From an uncultured Candidatus Saccharibacteria bacterium (lineage in GTDB: Bacteria; Patescibacteriota; Minisyncoccia; Phycocordibacterales; UBA9973), in the NCBI GenBank assembly GCA_964496425.1, contig CAZBZO010000001.1, positions 205,744 through 269,743 of the forward strand: 64,000 nucleotides of DNA, written 5' to 3'. A program made the translations under genes and the position numbers. Under the pieces are notes generated by a model. The model was not told the origin of the DNA. It made no database searches and saw only the letters and a program-made list of their open reading frames with translations. Positions 8,882-19,739 of this stretch are shown here, in pieces. Position 1 is the stretch's first letter. Every line of letters begins with the position of its first letter.

Positions 8882-10735
8882 CTAATTTTGTGAATTTGAT
8901 CTCTGCCCCGCTTCCGCATTGATCAGGTCTGCTTTGGCTTTCTTGATAGCCAAAACCTGTGAAGGATCAGAGGTGATGATCTGGTCTTCTGTATATGAGG
9001 CGATTGTTTTAATTGCTACGTGCTTAAGTCCGGCGAAGAATATGCCCTCCCCTACAGCCGACTCCAAAAGAAGATACTTTTCTTCGTCAGTGAGGTTGAA
9101 TGTTTTCTGGAGGATGTCTATTGTCGAAGGAGATTGTTTCAATAGTATTTGAATTGAGGAGTTGGTGACGATCGGGATACCGTAGGGGCTTTTCATAAAG
9201 TCTCCGACGTCTTGGGTGATGGTGGCAAGTCCAAGATAATATTTACGGCCGCGTTTGGCGATCGAGTAGAGAAAGCTTGCAGTATCTTCGGACTTCATCA
9301 TCCACCAGGCTTCATCCACGACCAGCAGACGCTTTTTCAAAACTTTACGAACTGAGTTCCAGATAAAATGAGTGACGATGTACATAGCGACTGGTTTGAG
9401 TTCGTCTTCCATGTCGCGCACGGAAAAGACCACAAACTTTCTATTGATATCGACATTGCTCGGACGATTGATAAATCCACTCCATGAACCATGGGTGTAT
9501 TTAGAAAGCCGAGATAAGATAGATTCAGTACCTTCCATACCAGAGAGCACGAGTTCAAAATCTGAAAGTAGCGGCGGTTCGATGTTAGAAAAATCAGATG
9601 TAGCAGTAATATCCTTGATCGCATAGGTTTCTGTAATAGCACGATCAACCAGTGCATCTTCTTCGGGTGTGAGACCTCCCAACATGATGCGGAAAAGGCC
9701 GACTAAATTGATGGTATTGGAGCGGAGCACGTCAGCTGCAGTTTCGTCTTCGCGCGGAATCGCGAGATCAAATGGATTGATATGGTTTTCGGAAGAGAGA
9801 GAAATATTAAAATAACGTCCGCCGATAGCTTCAGCTAAATATTCATATTCTCGCTCCGGATCTATCACGATCACTTCAGTATCAAACATAAGTGTGCGAA
9901 TGATTTCAAGCTTAGTAGCGTATGACTTACCGGAACCGGACTTGGCAAAGGTGATGGAGTTGTAGTTCTCAAGCGAGAAGCGATCGAAAATCACTAAGCT
10001 TGAATTGTGTCGGTTGACGCCATAGAGGATACCTTTGTCGGAGGTAAGGTCGAATGATACAAAGGGAAAAAGTGAAGAAAGGGGTTCAGAGTTGAGCTTT
10101 TGGTGCACTCCGAGAAGGTCGGTGCCGACTGGGATTACACTTTTAAAACCTTCTTCTTGCTGGAAAAGTGCTGGTTTGAGATATACGAGCTTGGCTTCGA
10201 GGATGGATTTGATTTCGTTTTCGATTTTAAAGAGCTCATTTTCATTGTCGGCGTAAATCGTAATATAGAGTCCAACATCAAACATTTTTTCTTGGGCTTG
10301 TTGGAGCGAATCGCGGAGCCCTTCAAGATCGCGGTACGCAGTATCGAGCATCGGATCGCGCACAAGCCCTTTTGCTTCACGAGCATTGATTTGGCTCTGG
10401 ACTTCGGCAACTTTTTTCTGAAATTGTCGCAGAAGCTTGGCCGTCTCGATCGGATGAATGAAAATCGATACATCAAAAATCTTATCGAGGTTGATGATAG
10501 GAGAAAACCAGTTGTCGGTGAGAAAACGCGGATACGAAATCACAAAAAAAGTCCGCGCGATTTTGTCGCCCAAGTTGAGCGCTTTTGGCTCAACTTTAAG
10601 CGCTGACGGCGCGATGATGTCTTGCATCTCAAGTGTCGCCGCTTCATAGATCTCAGCCGGTAACACCGGCAAGACTTGAGCGCTTGAACCATCTTTCCGT
10701 TTATCTTTTGTTTTGATTAAGCCGAATAATGCCAT
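8882..10735 (-). CDS. virB4: Type IV secretion ATPase VirB4/TrbE/TraC family
   Basis: 617 aa. Walker A is AKSGSGKSYATK and Walker B is LLVVDEAWWMM. The ...LGLATITQDVGDF... region is typical of VirB4/CagE ATPases. Confidence 0.9.
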   Translation of the reverse strand: MALFGLIKTKDKRKDGSSAQVLPVLPAEIYEAATLEMQDIIAPSALKVEPKALNLGDKIARTFFVISYPRFLTDNWFSPIINLDKIFDVSIFIHPIETAKLLRQFQKKVAEVQSQINAREAKGLVRDPMLDTAYRDLEGLRDSLQQAQEKMFDVGLYITIYADNENELFKIENEIKSILEAKLVYLKPALFQQEEGFKSVIPVGTDLLGVHQKLNSEPLSSLFPFVSFDLTSDKGILYGVNRHNSSLVIFDRFSLENYNSITFAKSGSGKSYATKLEIIRTLMFDTEVIVIDPEREYEYLAEAIGGRYFNISLSSENHINPFDLAIPREDETAADVLRSNTINLVGLFRIMLGGLTPEEDALVDRAITETYAIKDITATSDFSNIEPPLLSDFELVLSGMEGTESILSRLSKYTHGSWSGFINRPSNVDINRKFVVFSVRDMEDELKPVAMYIVTHFIWNSVRKVLKKRLLVVDEAWWMMKSEDTASFLYSIAKRGRKYYLGLATITQDVGDFMKSPYGIPIVTNSSIQILLKQSPSTIDILQKTFNLTDEEKYLLLESAVGEGIFFAGLKHVAIKTIASYTEDQIITSDPSQVLAIKKAKADLINAEAGQRSNSQN

Positions 10736-10746
10736 AGAATTTAAAA

Positions 10747-11409
10747 TTATTTGTCTTCAAGCTTAATCGCTTGCTGAATGTCACCCGGATTGAATGTTTT
10801 ATAAAAAAGCTCGATGATTTCTTCGGTGCCAAGGAGCACGGTTCGGACGCCCAAACGAGAAAGTCCTTGCTCTACGACACCAGTGCGCTGTTCGAGCTGG
10901 GAACGTTTTTCTTCAAAGTCAGCGAGCTTCTGATCTTTGCCGGCAGTACTTTTTTTTGTATCAGCGCCACCCGGCAGAAAGCGACGGAGTGAACTGCTTT
11001 CATCCCCGAGCTGGGAAGCAGAATACGGTACGACTAAATAAAAATTCTTGGTCATAATATTGACCTGTTCGGTAAATGTCCGAATAAATTCCATGTATTC
11101 ACGAGTCTGGATCTTAAGAAGTGGCTCAAGTTGTTCTTTCATGCGATTTTCAAGCAACAAAAGGTACGGCTTGATATCGAGACGGCGTGACTGGACGACG
11201 ATTTGGCAAGAAAAATCGAGCGAATTGAGAAAATTTTGAAACTGCATAATGATCGCCCGCTGTTCGTCGGCTGATTTCAAGGAAAGATTGACTGATGAGG
11301 CGGCCAAGACAGCTCGCAAGCCGCCGTCTTTAAGGACGATGACCCCGTCGCGTACTTCTTTGATTGGTACGAATGATTGCGTTGCTTTTGCGTCCAAAGC
11401 CATATACAA
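10747..11409 (-). CDS. VirB4 N-terminal-domain-like protein (possible split virB4)
   Basis: 220 aa immediately upstream of virB4. The N-terminal FVPIKEVRDGVIVLKDGGLRAVLAASSVNLSLKSADEQRAIIMQFQNFLNSLDFSCQIVV resembles the N-domain of VirB4/TraC, which in full-length proteins precedes the ATPase domain. Confidence 0.45.
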   Translation of the reverse strand: MYMALDAKATQSFVPIKEVRDGVIVLKDGGLRAVLAASSVNLSLKSADEQRAIIMQFQNFLNSLDFSCQIVVQSRRLDIKPYLLLLENRMKEQLEPLLKIQTREYMEFIRTFTEQVNIMTKNFYLVVPYSASQLGDESSSLRRFLPGGADTKKSTAGKDQKLADFEEKRSQLEQRTGVVEQGLSRLGVRTVLLGTEEIIELFYKTFNPGDIQQAIKLEDK

Positions 11410-11487
11410 CAGTATAGCATTAATGTCAGGCCTCGATTAAATTTTTACTATCGAATATCTCGAGCGAGACTCTACGATTGGGAAATA

Positions 11488-11898
11488 CTATTTCTTATTT
11501 ACGTCGAGCACATCCAGACTCCAAGAAATATCTTTAAGTTTGCTATCAGAGAGCCGCGGTAAGTAGGCAGGCAGATCCGGCAGAGCTTCTACAGCTTTCT
11601 TTTCTGTTTTCTTGTGTTTGGGATCTTTTTTCCAGATGTAGAGCTTGCTGCCGAAGGAATATCGGAAATAAGCCTCGACGATATTGAGGAAAGGCTTGTT
11701 GTTGACCTTGTAAAATGCCAGCGCTGCTGCGAATATGCCAATCGGAGCGATAAGGATGACCGCGACAAAGTGCGGCAAGAGACGCCAGAGTACAAATGCC
11801 AAGCCGGCACCGCCCACGATATAAACGAATTGCTTAAAAGTAAATGGGCCGAAGATCTTGTCTTCAACATCAATAAATTGTGGAACCTGGAAGCGCAT
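11488..11898 (-). CDS. PrgI/VirB3-like small membrane protein
   Basis: 136 aa with two TM helices (FVYIVGGAGLAFVLWRLL / VAVILIAPIGIFAAALAFY) and the N-terminal FQVPQFIDVEDKIFGPFTFKQF. It sits where VirB3/PrgI sits relative to VirB4. Confidence 0.5.
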   Translation of the reverse strand: MRFQVPQFIDVEDKIFGPFTFKQFVYIVGGAGLAFVLWRLLPHFVAVILIAPIGIFAAALAFYKVNNKPFLNIVEAYFRYSFGSKLYIWKKDPKHKKTEKKAVEALPDLPAYLPRLSDSKLKDISWSLDVLDVNKK

Positions 11899-11903
11899 AT
11901 TTT

Positions 11904-12806
11904 TTATTGAGGGATTTCTCGATATGGATCAACGCGCGGTGGAGTGGTGGATGGAGCAGGTGTAGCTGGCTTGATAGAATAGTCTGTCTCATGCTTGGGC
12001 ATATTCATTGGCGCCACGAATTTCTGTTCGGATACGGATACAGGTGCGACTGGCACAGTATTAGGAGTGTTGGTGATTGGTGATTTGATATTTGGGTCTT
12101 GTGGAGCAGCGGGTGGTGGCACGATTTTTTGGATTGTCGGAATAGAAGATGGGAATTTGGAACTCGTACCTGCTGGTGGATTTTCAATACTTTTCAAAAG
12201 ATCGTCGCGGTTCATACTACTGGTACCTGCAAGATTGATGGTTGGGGCAGGTTGTGAAATAGTAGGTGCGGTCGGTGCCTTAAATGGAGGATTTACTGTG
12301 TCGTTTACGATTTCTACTCCAGCGTTTTTGAGAGTGTCAGACGTTGATTGAGCGATAGGAGGAGCGATTGGAGCATCTTCAGGCAAGGAACGATTCTCGA
12401 AGTTGTCTTTTGCTGTATAAACTTTCTGTATTGATTCGCGGATCGGTAAAAAGATTTGATCGCCCAAATCTTTCACAATACCATCGATCATTTCATCGGA
12501 GAGTTTGAGTTGAAGCATCAGTTCATCACGAAATTCGTCAGGCTTGGTCATACCAAGGAGCATCATCGATGTTTCGATTTCAAGACTTCCGAGTTGTTCA
12601 TAGGTAAGCTTGCGAGCTTTGGCGATTTCAAAGAGCTTAGTTGAATAATTATCTGAAATAATTACCTCTTGTATATCTGCAGGTAGAAGTTGAAAGCGGC
12701 TTCTCATCTGCCTCTCTACTTCCGTGAAATTTTCTTCGTTTGTTGTGTCTGTAGAGGAAACTTTCAGAAGAGTACTTCCTATTTTTTGTGCATCGTTTGG
12801 GTTCAT
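11904..12806 (-). CDS. Hypothetical protein with a Pro-rich C-terminus (cluster member)
   Basis: 300 aa. It is acidic and helical at the N-terminus and PxP-rich at the C-terminus. Confidence 0.5.
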   Translation of the reverse strand: MNPNDAQKIGSTLLKVSSTDTTNEENFTEVERQMRSRFQLLPADIQEVIISDNYSTKLFEIAKARKLTYEQLGSLEIETSMMLLGMTKPDEFRDELMLQLKLSDEMIDGIVKDLGDQIFLPIRESIQKVYTAKDNFENRSLPEDAPIAPPIAQSTSDTLKNAGVEIVNDTVNPPFKAPTAPTISQPAPTINLAGTSSMNRDDLLKSIENPPAGTSSKFPSSIPTIQKIVPPPAAPQDPNIKSPITNTPNTVPVAPVSVSEQKFVAPMNMPKHETDYSIKPATPAPSTTPPRVDPYREIPQ

Positions 12807-12833
12807 ATGCTTTGTATATTATACCTTATATTA

Positions 12834-15800
12834 TTAATGATGAGCAGCGGCAGGACTATCCTTGCCACTTTTTTTAGATGAACTTGGGGCAATGTTAAAT
12901 ATACCTTTGAAGATATTAACCGCTGGTCCGCTATATTTGTCTTTATGTTTTGATTCATGCCCATGTGTCCCTTTTCCACCTTTTTCTTCAGTGTGTTGTA
13001 ATTCATGTTCTGCGTCTTCAGCTCGATTATAATAATCAGCAAAATACTTATTTAGACCAATTGCAGTGGTTTTGTTTATTGATTCAATCATACCGCCGAC
13101 AACTGCGCCCGGGATTGTACCTACTCCGGGTAGTACACTTCCAACAACGAGACCTTTGGCTGCACCTTTTGCAAAGCTTTTCGCAAATTCTCTTACGAAA
13201 CGTTTGCCGAGTTCATCAGATCCAACTTTCGTGCTAGTGTCAAAATGCCCAAACTCTTTAATGTTTCCAAAAGCATCTCGCTCTTCATTTTTATGTAGTT
13301 CGTATGGTGAATTCTTCTTCATTCTTTCCCATACGTATTCTTTCACAATAGCTTTTTCATTATTTTTTAGAGCCTTATCAAGTTTTTCAATATCAAGTTT
13401 CTTATTTTCGATAGTTCTTCCGTCATCTTTTACAATATCTTCATGATCATCTTTGACTTTTTTAACTTCATTTTCTGCAAGTGTTCGTCTATCCAATAGA
13501 GGTTGGGGAACTTTTGCATCTTTTCCATTTTGATCTTTATGATCTCGTATTGCATTATTTGCCAACTCAAGTTCTCTGTTTGGTGCTTTCAATTCGTCCT
13601 CCATCTGCTCTTTATGTTGTTTTTGATTTACTTGTGCTGTTTCAAGCGCTGCTTTGGCTGTTTTTGTCTTTGCCTCAATATCTTTTTTCTTCGTCATATT
13701 TATTCCCAGCCTTTCACCTTCCGCAATCATCTTTTTTGTTCCACGTTCTTGCGCTCCAGTAAATCCGCCAGCTGAACCCGCAGTACTTAGATTTTTTAGT
13801 CCTGGGACATTGCCTAGTTGGTTAAGATTTACTCCCACTGCTGTTGAAAGCTTGCTTGCAACTACATTTTGACGGGCATCAAAGCTTGAGGTTTTTAAGC
13901 CCTCAATGGTTTTGAGTTTTTGTCGAGCAATCATTGCGCTTGTTCCAGTACCTGTCGCTTCTTGCCTCCATTTATCTAATTTTTCTTGATTTACGGCTGA
14001 GGCTGCGCGTCCTATAATGTTTCTCCCTGCAAATGCAGTTGCTCCTGCTCCTAACCCAATTGCAGCCCCGCTAACAAATTGAGCTGCACCTGTTGCGCCC
14101 TTAATTACCATCGCACCAATTTCTCCAGAAGCCTTAACTGCATATTCCGTTGCCTTCAAAAGAAGCAGCATGATAATCAGCATCGGAATAATGATCAACA
14201 GGAGTGTCTCTACTAAGCCACCTGTTGTTTGAAGATCAGGGTTAAATGTATTGAGTATCACGGAACTTTTTGCTAAAAGAGATATGAGATATATAAAAAA
14301 CATAAAAATAGGTGCCATAAAGGCAAGTTCAATCGTTTTTTTCCACCACCCCGTCCAGCCTATACCCTCAATATGCTGCATTGAAGGAATGATGTATGTA
14401 ATGAAGGCAAAAGGTGCAAAAATAATCTGTATCCATAGACCAATAATTCTTCCAACAAACGCAAGGCTGGATTTTACAAATGCAAATGTTGCGAATAAAA
14501 AAATGAGTCCAGAAGTGACGATTAACGATATTGTTACTGAAACAGGGAGATTAACTGTCGCATATACCCCTGTACCGTAAGGAGTGGTCAGAGCGCCTTG
14601 AGCCAGATGGTATGCTCCTGTAAAGATGCCCACACCAACTGAGGAGTTGAAACTGTTGTACGCATCTTCATAATAACTACCCACCTGTGCTTCTTTAAAT
14701 TTATTGTAGAAATCTGGATTTGTAAGTATTTGAGGACGAAATGCGCTAACGATGATTCCAGACAATCCTTTTTCGTCAACATCTGTGTGTACCTTACTAA
14801 TTATTGGAGCATAGACAGCTATGTTTCCAGAAGTGTCCTTCGCTGTGACAGTTATTTGATTGTAAAAAAGCCGTGCAAGAATATTTGAAGAGTCAATAAT
14901 GATCTTTGTAAAAAACATACTGAAGTTCAGTAGTATGGCAATAATAACCACTGATATCAGCATTTTTTTTGGATTTGCATGTCCAATTTCCAATCCCAGA
15001 ATAAGAGATATAGCGATAAAGAGTAAAATAAATATAAAAAAGATATTTGAAAGATCGCGGACAATTCCCCATGCATATCCGATGAAGCTCGAACCAGTAT
15101 AGAGTTTTGTACTTAATGTTAATCCTGCCAGTGCATCAAATAAGCTACCCGATAGCGTGAGTAGCCATGCTGGGATGCTGTACATGAAGAAATATAGAAC
15201 TTGTTGAAGACAAGCAGTAATGCTTGAATTACCGATCTCGGTACAGCCGATCTGTTCTTGCAGATTGGTAGTTGTTTTTTGTACTTGGTCATTTAAATCA
15301 TTTACATAACTTCCAGTACCTGTATTTGTTCCTGAGCTACCTCCTCCGATTGTAAGTGGTGGGTTCGGGAAAGTATACGTATCTATTAAGTACGGTGTGT
15401 TAGTGGGACCGGACCCTATAATTCTTAGTGTTATTCCACCATATTTTCCTGCCGCAATATTTGAAATTGTTATTTCAAAATTTTTACTTACACCAGGACT
15501 TACGCCGTCATAGATCGTAACAGCGGTATCCTCAAGATTAGAAATATTACCTTCATTATTAAGTACTACTTGTACTTTTCCAGATGGAATTGATGGGCCA
15601 TAGTTATAACTTCCCTTGACTACTATTGATGTCCCATTTACTTCTGCGGAAGTGATTTCTCCGGTCTGTCCTTCAGCAAAGGTCTTACGTACTTGAAGTG
15701 TCGCAGAAAACGGTGCGAAGGTGCCGGCGAGGATAGTGAATATAAGAAAAAGAGGGAGTATAGTGCGAAGAGTATTCCGGCGTCGACGTGTGGCCGACGC

Positions 15801-15860
15801 AAGATGAGCATGTGTTCCAAGGTGTAAAAATCCAAAAAATTTCTTCATGTAAATAGGCAC
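12834..15860 (-). CDS. Large polytopic membrane protein, VirB6/TrbL-like, with a C-terminal charged coiled-coil tail
   Basis: 1008 aa. It has an N-terminal signal/TM segment and a secreted beta-rich domain. There are at least six central TM helices in a Gly/Ala/Ile/Phe-rich core. The long Lys/Glu-rich C-terminus is predicted cytoplasmic. Confidence 0.55.
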   Translation of the reverse strand: MPIYMKKFFGFLHLGTHAHLASATRRRRNTLRTILPLFLIFTILAGTFAPFSATLQVRKTFAEGQTGEITSAEVNGTSIVVKGSYNYGPSIPSGKVQVVLNNEGNISNLEDTAVTIYDGVSPGVSKNFEITISNIAAGKYGGITLRIIGSGPTNTPYLIDTYTFPNPPLTIGGGSSGTNTGTGSYVNDLNDQVQKTTTNLQEQIGCTEIGNSSITACLQQVLYFFMYSIPAWLLTLSGSLFDALAGLTLSTKLYTGSSFIGYAWGIVRDLSNIFFIFILLFIAISLILGLEIGHANPKKMLISVVIIAILLNFSMFFTKIIIDSSNILARLFYNQITVTAKDTSGNIAVYAPIISKVHTDVDEKGLSGIIVSAFRPQILTNPDFYNKFKEAQVGSYYEDAYNSFNSSVGVGIFTGAYHLAQGALTTPYGTGVYATVNLPVSVTISLIVTSGLIFLFATFAFVKSSLAFVGRIIGLWIQIIFAPFAFITYIIPSMQHIEGIGWTGWWKKTIELAFMAPIFMFFIYLISLLAKSSVILNTFNPDLQTTGGLVETLLLIIIPMLIIMLLLLKATEYAVKASGEIGAMVIKGATGAAQFVSGAAIGLGAGATAFAGRNIIGRAASAVNQEKLDKWRQEATGTGTSAMIARQKLKTIEGLKTSSFDARQNVVASKLSTAVGVNLNQLGNVPGLKNLSTAGSAGGFTGAQERGTKKMIAEGERLGINMTKKKDIEAKTKTAKAALETAQVNQKQHKEQMEDELKAPNRELELANNAIRDHKDQNGKDAKVPQPLLDRRTLAENEVKKVKDDHEDIVKDDGRTIENKKLDIEKLDKALKNNEKAIVKEYVWERMKKNSPYELHKNEERDAFGNIKEFGHFDTSTKVGSDELGKRFVREFAKSFAKGAAKGLVVGSVLPGVGTIPGAVVGGMIESINKTTAIGLNKYFADYYNRAEDAEHELQHTEEKGGKGTHGHESKHKDKYSGPAVNIFKGIFNIAPSSSKKSGKDSPAAAHH

Positions 15861-16027
15861 TGTAATTTTAGCATAGTATTGCTATGTTCGCGCCGATTTG
15901 TTCCATCGAGTACAGACTTTTCATGAGGTGTTAGCGCATCAAGTACAGATATTTACAGTATAACGTAAAAACAAAGGCCATACTACGGTTTTGTGGTACA
16001 AAATGTGATGATACAACGGTACTGGTA

Positions 16028-18805
16028 TTAGTAAATCTCGAAGCGCTCCTCGAAGTCAGCGAACCATTTATTGAGATTGTATGTTTCTTCTTTGATTGGG
16101 TCGTTTTTTGCAATCATAAACTTATTCCACCATCCTCCGCCATCGGCTGCTGGATCTCCATAGGCATATGTTTGTGGAACGAAAGTAAATCCGCAATAGA
16201 CATTATTAGGGATTCCGAGAACGTCCTCATCGAGGTCTCCAAAGAGAGGACATTTTGCTCGAGCATCATTGCCCACTGCTTCAGATGGTGTCGGGAAAAT
16301 ACTTGCCACTTTCATTTGTGGGTACGGCAAAGTAATCCCGGGATATGGATTAGGGGTGGCAATAAGCCAACTATTTGGGTCAGTTGGTGGGCCAGATGGT
16401 TTTGTTGGGTCTTGTCTTCCGCCTGTAATTTTGAGATTGTATTCAAATATCCCTGGATACGGCATCCAGCTGTAGCCATTTAATCGGTAAAATTCCTGGA
16501 CTTCCGGCAGATTTATCTCTTCTGAGCACTGTTCAAGTAGGAATACGTCGTATTCGTCCCCGGTTTGATAGGTGATCATGTCACCCTCAAGCTTTTGTAT
16601 AGCTGCTTCGTCAACGAGGGCAGCCACGGTTGTTTCGAATATTTTTAACTCTTTTCCCATCAAGTCAGCCTGTTCTTCGGATGTAAGATTTGGATCATTT
16701 AAAATACTTTCTACATCCTGGCGAATTTTATCAAGTTTTCGTACTGCGATCCGTAAGCCTTCAGCCCTTGTTTTGTGTTCTGCTAAAGTAGTTTCATAAC
16801 CTGCCAATTTGTAGTATTCACTATATGAGTCCGGAGTGATGGTCGGCATATTTTCGAGGAGATATCCTCCGGTATCAAATTTAACTGGTGAATTTCCAAG
16901 TCCCACTGCTTCATTTTCGTATGGTATCCCAGTGATGTGTGCGGTGTATTCATCAAGTGCTTGATTGAGTGTGGCTTCAGCTTTAGAAAGTGGAAGATGA
17001 GCAATACCATTGATGATTGCCGAACCAATACCTAAGGTTAGTGCGCCGGTGATCTGAGTGACAATACTATCATTAGTATCTTGTTGTTTAATACGAAGCT
17101 CACCAAAGAGATTATCCATTTTTGCTCGGGTATCGTCATACCATGTCGGACGTGGGCCCGGGATACAGTAGTCAAGTAATTGGATATCGTAAATTGTTTT
17201 GGCAAGAGCTGCATCAGTTTCAGGTACTCCGCCAAATCCTGGGGCAGGATCAACATTTGGAAATCCAGTCATAGGATTAATGCCTTTCGGTGGTCCATTT
17301 GGTGCGCCAGACACGAAACTACCAGAGCGTCCTACTTCTGGAACATATGTTTGACCGAGCCATTTTTCTTGAAGGTAAATAATATATGGAAGCTGTGTTG
17401 TTAGATCAACATTTTGGAAAGCATTATAAATACTCTGATATGAACCGTCAGTGTAGAGGCCGCTACTGTTATCACCAAAACCAAAACCACTATTGGCAAG
17501 ATCTTCTTGACTCGTACTACCTTCAGTAAAATTAGTAAGCGAGTTTACGCCTTTATTCACGAGCTGAGCCATGAGCGCATCGAATACGGCGCCCAATGAA
17601 TTGTTGATATCGTCGGAACTAATGAGAGAATCTTTTTTAATATTGAGTGCACCAGTGAGCTGGCTTGAGATAGCAATACCAGGAGTTTGGACTTCAGTTT
17701 TGCGGCAGGTGTTTTCAGCAATTATTTTTTGAAGTTCTAAAATTTCAGCATTTGTTTGGTTGCTTACATTGTTGAGCGCAGGATTATTCTGCAGTGTGTT
17801 ATTTACCCATGCAGAATTGCCGCTACTGTCAGTGGATGTATATCCTGTGCCAATTCCGCCTGTTTGAGTTTTTGGAGGAGGTAAAGTCCAATTCGTATTA
17901 ACTCCACCAGAAGTTGTAACACCTTGCATTGCATACAAAAGATTAAGTTTATCCTGCGCCGCTCTGGCTTCATCTGCATCTGTTTGTGTCAACGGCCCTG
18001 GATCGACACAGGCTTCAAAGTTGAGAAAGCCGCCGCTTTGTGCCAGTCCGGCTCTGACCTCTTCAGCTTTCGTTTGAAATGTGCCTTCGAGCCGCATATC
18101 CCATTCGTCGGCTGCCATCATGGCAAAGCCAACCGGGTTGTTTTGTTGAAATTGAGTCGCAGCTTGGAATGCTCCCCAACCGCCGACGTTGAAGTCGTTA
18201 TAAAAGTCGATATGTGTTGCGCTCGGTGTCCCGGCTTGGATGACTTTGTCGAGTGAAAACTGCGCATTGGCATTGAAGCCAGCTTGGTATTGAGCAAGGA
18301 GCGCCGTCAAAGTATCCTTGCCGAATGGAAAATTGGCAGAATCAAATGCGATTTCGTTGGTGAAAGCCACGATTTCTTCTTCGGCAATGCTTTTAAAAAA
18401 CGATCCGGGATCACGCACATAAAATGGTGCGCCTTTAAAACCGTTGTTGATCCAGTTGACAGTATCAGACGAGAGCTTGGCTAAAAGTCTTTTAGAAATA
18501 TACTGAGCAATAGCTTTATCACAACCTTCGCGCTTATTTGCAGCGACATCGTTAGTAGCGACAGTAGTGTCGAGTGCGCCGAATACACTTCCTAAGGCAT
18601 CACCGATCTTGCTGCCAAGTCCGCTACATTTCAGTGCGACGCCGCCGATACCACCAATTGTGGCTTGCAAGCCGAATGAATCACTTACTTGTGCGTAGGT
18701 TTTTTCTGGTACAAATAAAAATCCTGCTGGTGCGAGTAGAGACGCAATCAAAAAACCACTTGCAATTTTTGTTTTCAAATCTCTGACGCGTAACTCGTAA
18801 CTCAT
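16028..18805 (-). CDS. Large secreted/surface hypothetical protein (cluster member)
   Basis: 925 aa with an N-terminal signal/TM segment (IASGFLIASLLAPAGFLFVPEKTYAQ). Composition is Gly/Asn/Thr-rich. Confidence 0.55.
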   Translation of the reverse strand: MSYELRVRDLKTKIASGFLIASLLAPAGFLFVPEKTYAQVSDSFGLQATIGGIGGVALKCSGLGSKIGDALGSVFGALDTTVATNDVAANKREGCDKAIAQYISKRLLAKLSSDTVNWINNGFKGAPFYVRDPGSFFKSIAEEEIVAFTNEIAFDSANFPFGKDTLTALLAQYQAGFNANAQFSLDKVIQAGTPSATHIDFYNDFNVGGWGAFQAATQFQQNNPVGFAMMAADEWDMRLEGTFQTKAEEVRAGLAQSGGFLNFEACVDPGPLTQTDADEARAAQDKLNLLYAMQGVTTSGGVNTNWTLPPPKTQTGGIGTGYTSTDSSGNSAWVNNTLQNNPALNNVSNQTNAEILELQKIIAENTCRKTEVQTPGIAISSQLTGALNIKKDSLISSDDINNSLGAVFDALMAQLVNKGVNSLTNFTEGSTSQEDLANSGFGFGDNSSGLYTDGSYQSIYNAFQNVDLTTQLPYIIYLQEKWLGQTYVPEVGRSGSFVSGAPNGPPKGINPMTGFPNVDPAPGFGGVPETDAALAKTIYDIQLLDYCIPGPRPTWYDDTRAKMDNLFGELRIKQQDTNDSIVTQITGALTLGIGSAIINGIAHLPLSKAEATLNQALDEYTAHITGIPYENEAVGLGNSPVKFDTGGYLLENMPTITPDSYSEYYKLAGYETTLAEHKTRAEGLRIAVRKLDKIRQDVESILNDPNLTSEEQADLMGKELKIFETTVAALVDEAAIQKLEGDMITYQTGDEYDVFLLEQCSEEINLPEVQEFYRLNGYSWMPYPGIFEYNLKITGGRQDPTKPSGPPTDPNSWLIATPNPYPGITLPYPQMKVASIFPTPSEAVGNDARAKCPLFGDLDEDVLGIPNNVYCGFTFVPQTYAYGDPAADGGGWWNKFMIAKNDPIKEETYNLNKWFADFEERFEIY

Positions 18806-18812
18806 AATTAGT

Positions 18813-19712
18813 TTAAATTATACCATGGCTACTAAAGTATTCCCCGAGAATTTTGATTGCAGCCACGGCGTCATTTTCTGCATCATTGTATTGAGAGATC
18901 CCTACAAGACCTAAGAGTGGATTGTCTAAAAGCGTACTTGCATTCTTAAGGGCTGCTCCTGTTTTAGCGTAGCTGTTTATAAGGACGATGTGGTTGTTTA
19001 GAGTGTCTATGGGTACGATGAGCGCTTTTAATTCCTTGGCCATATCTTCGTATGCTTGTCCGATCTTGGCGACGTCTGTCATTGTGTCAGCATCCTCGGT
19101 GTCTATTCCTTCGGCAAGCACAGCGTACTCGTGTCCAGTTGAATTTTTATACGCTACCTGTACAGCTTGAAAAGCATCGTAGTATTCTTGAATTACAGGC
19201 GTTGTTACTTGAGTAGTGGTAATATCGGAAGAATTGTATACATCAGGCAATACTTGAAATTCATTTAGATTTTTGCCGAAGCCAAGCGCAAGATTGGTGA
19301 TGGAGTTTTGGTTGAGGTCACCAGAAGCTTTGAGGGATGAAACTGTAGAGAAGAATTCTCGAGCAAAACGTTCAGTTTCATTTATTTTTCCATCAGGATT
19401 ACCATCACCGCTATCAGTATTGAGAGCATCACGGCGGGCGTTGATTTCTACTTCGTCCGACATTCCATCTCCATCACTATCCTTTTTATTTGGATCAGTC
19501 CCCCAGAGCTCTTCTTCCCAGTCAGGAATCGTGTCGAGATCGGTATCACGGTTGATCACATCCTGCACAAGCATCCCTTCCCGAGAATCCTCTTTTGTAA
19601 AAATAGTTTTTCCACCAGATAAATATGCATACACTCCCCAGGTGATGAGAAGAAAAACAAAGAGTGAGCCGGTGATACGTACAAATTTTTTACTCGGAAG
19701 ATAGGTAGTCAT
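18813..19712 (-). CDS. Membrane-anchored protein with Asp-rich Ca-binding-like repeats
   Basis: 299 aa with an N-terminal TM helix. DxDxDG-type repeats are present (DTDLDTIPDWEE, DPNKKDSDGDGMSDE, DSGDGNPDGKINE). Confidence 0.5.
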   Translation of the reverse strand: MTTYLPSKKFVRITGSLFVFLLITWGVYAYLSGGKTIFTKEDSREGMLVQDVINRDTDLDTIPDWEEELWGTDPNKKDSDGDGMSDEVEINARRDALNTDSGDGNPDGKINETERFAREFFSTVSSLKASGDLNQNSITNLALGFGKNLNEFQVLPDVYNSSDITTTQVTTPVIQEYYDAFQAVQVAYKNSTGHEYAVLAEGIDTEDADTMTDVAKIGQAYEDMAKELKALIVPIDTLNNHIVLINSYAKTGAALKNASTLLDNPLLGLVGISQYNDAENDAVAAIKILGEYFSSHGII

Positions 19713-19739
19713 AGAAAAAGTAAAACAGTGTATAGCGAA

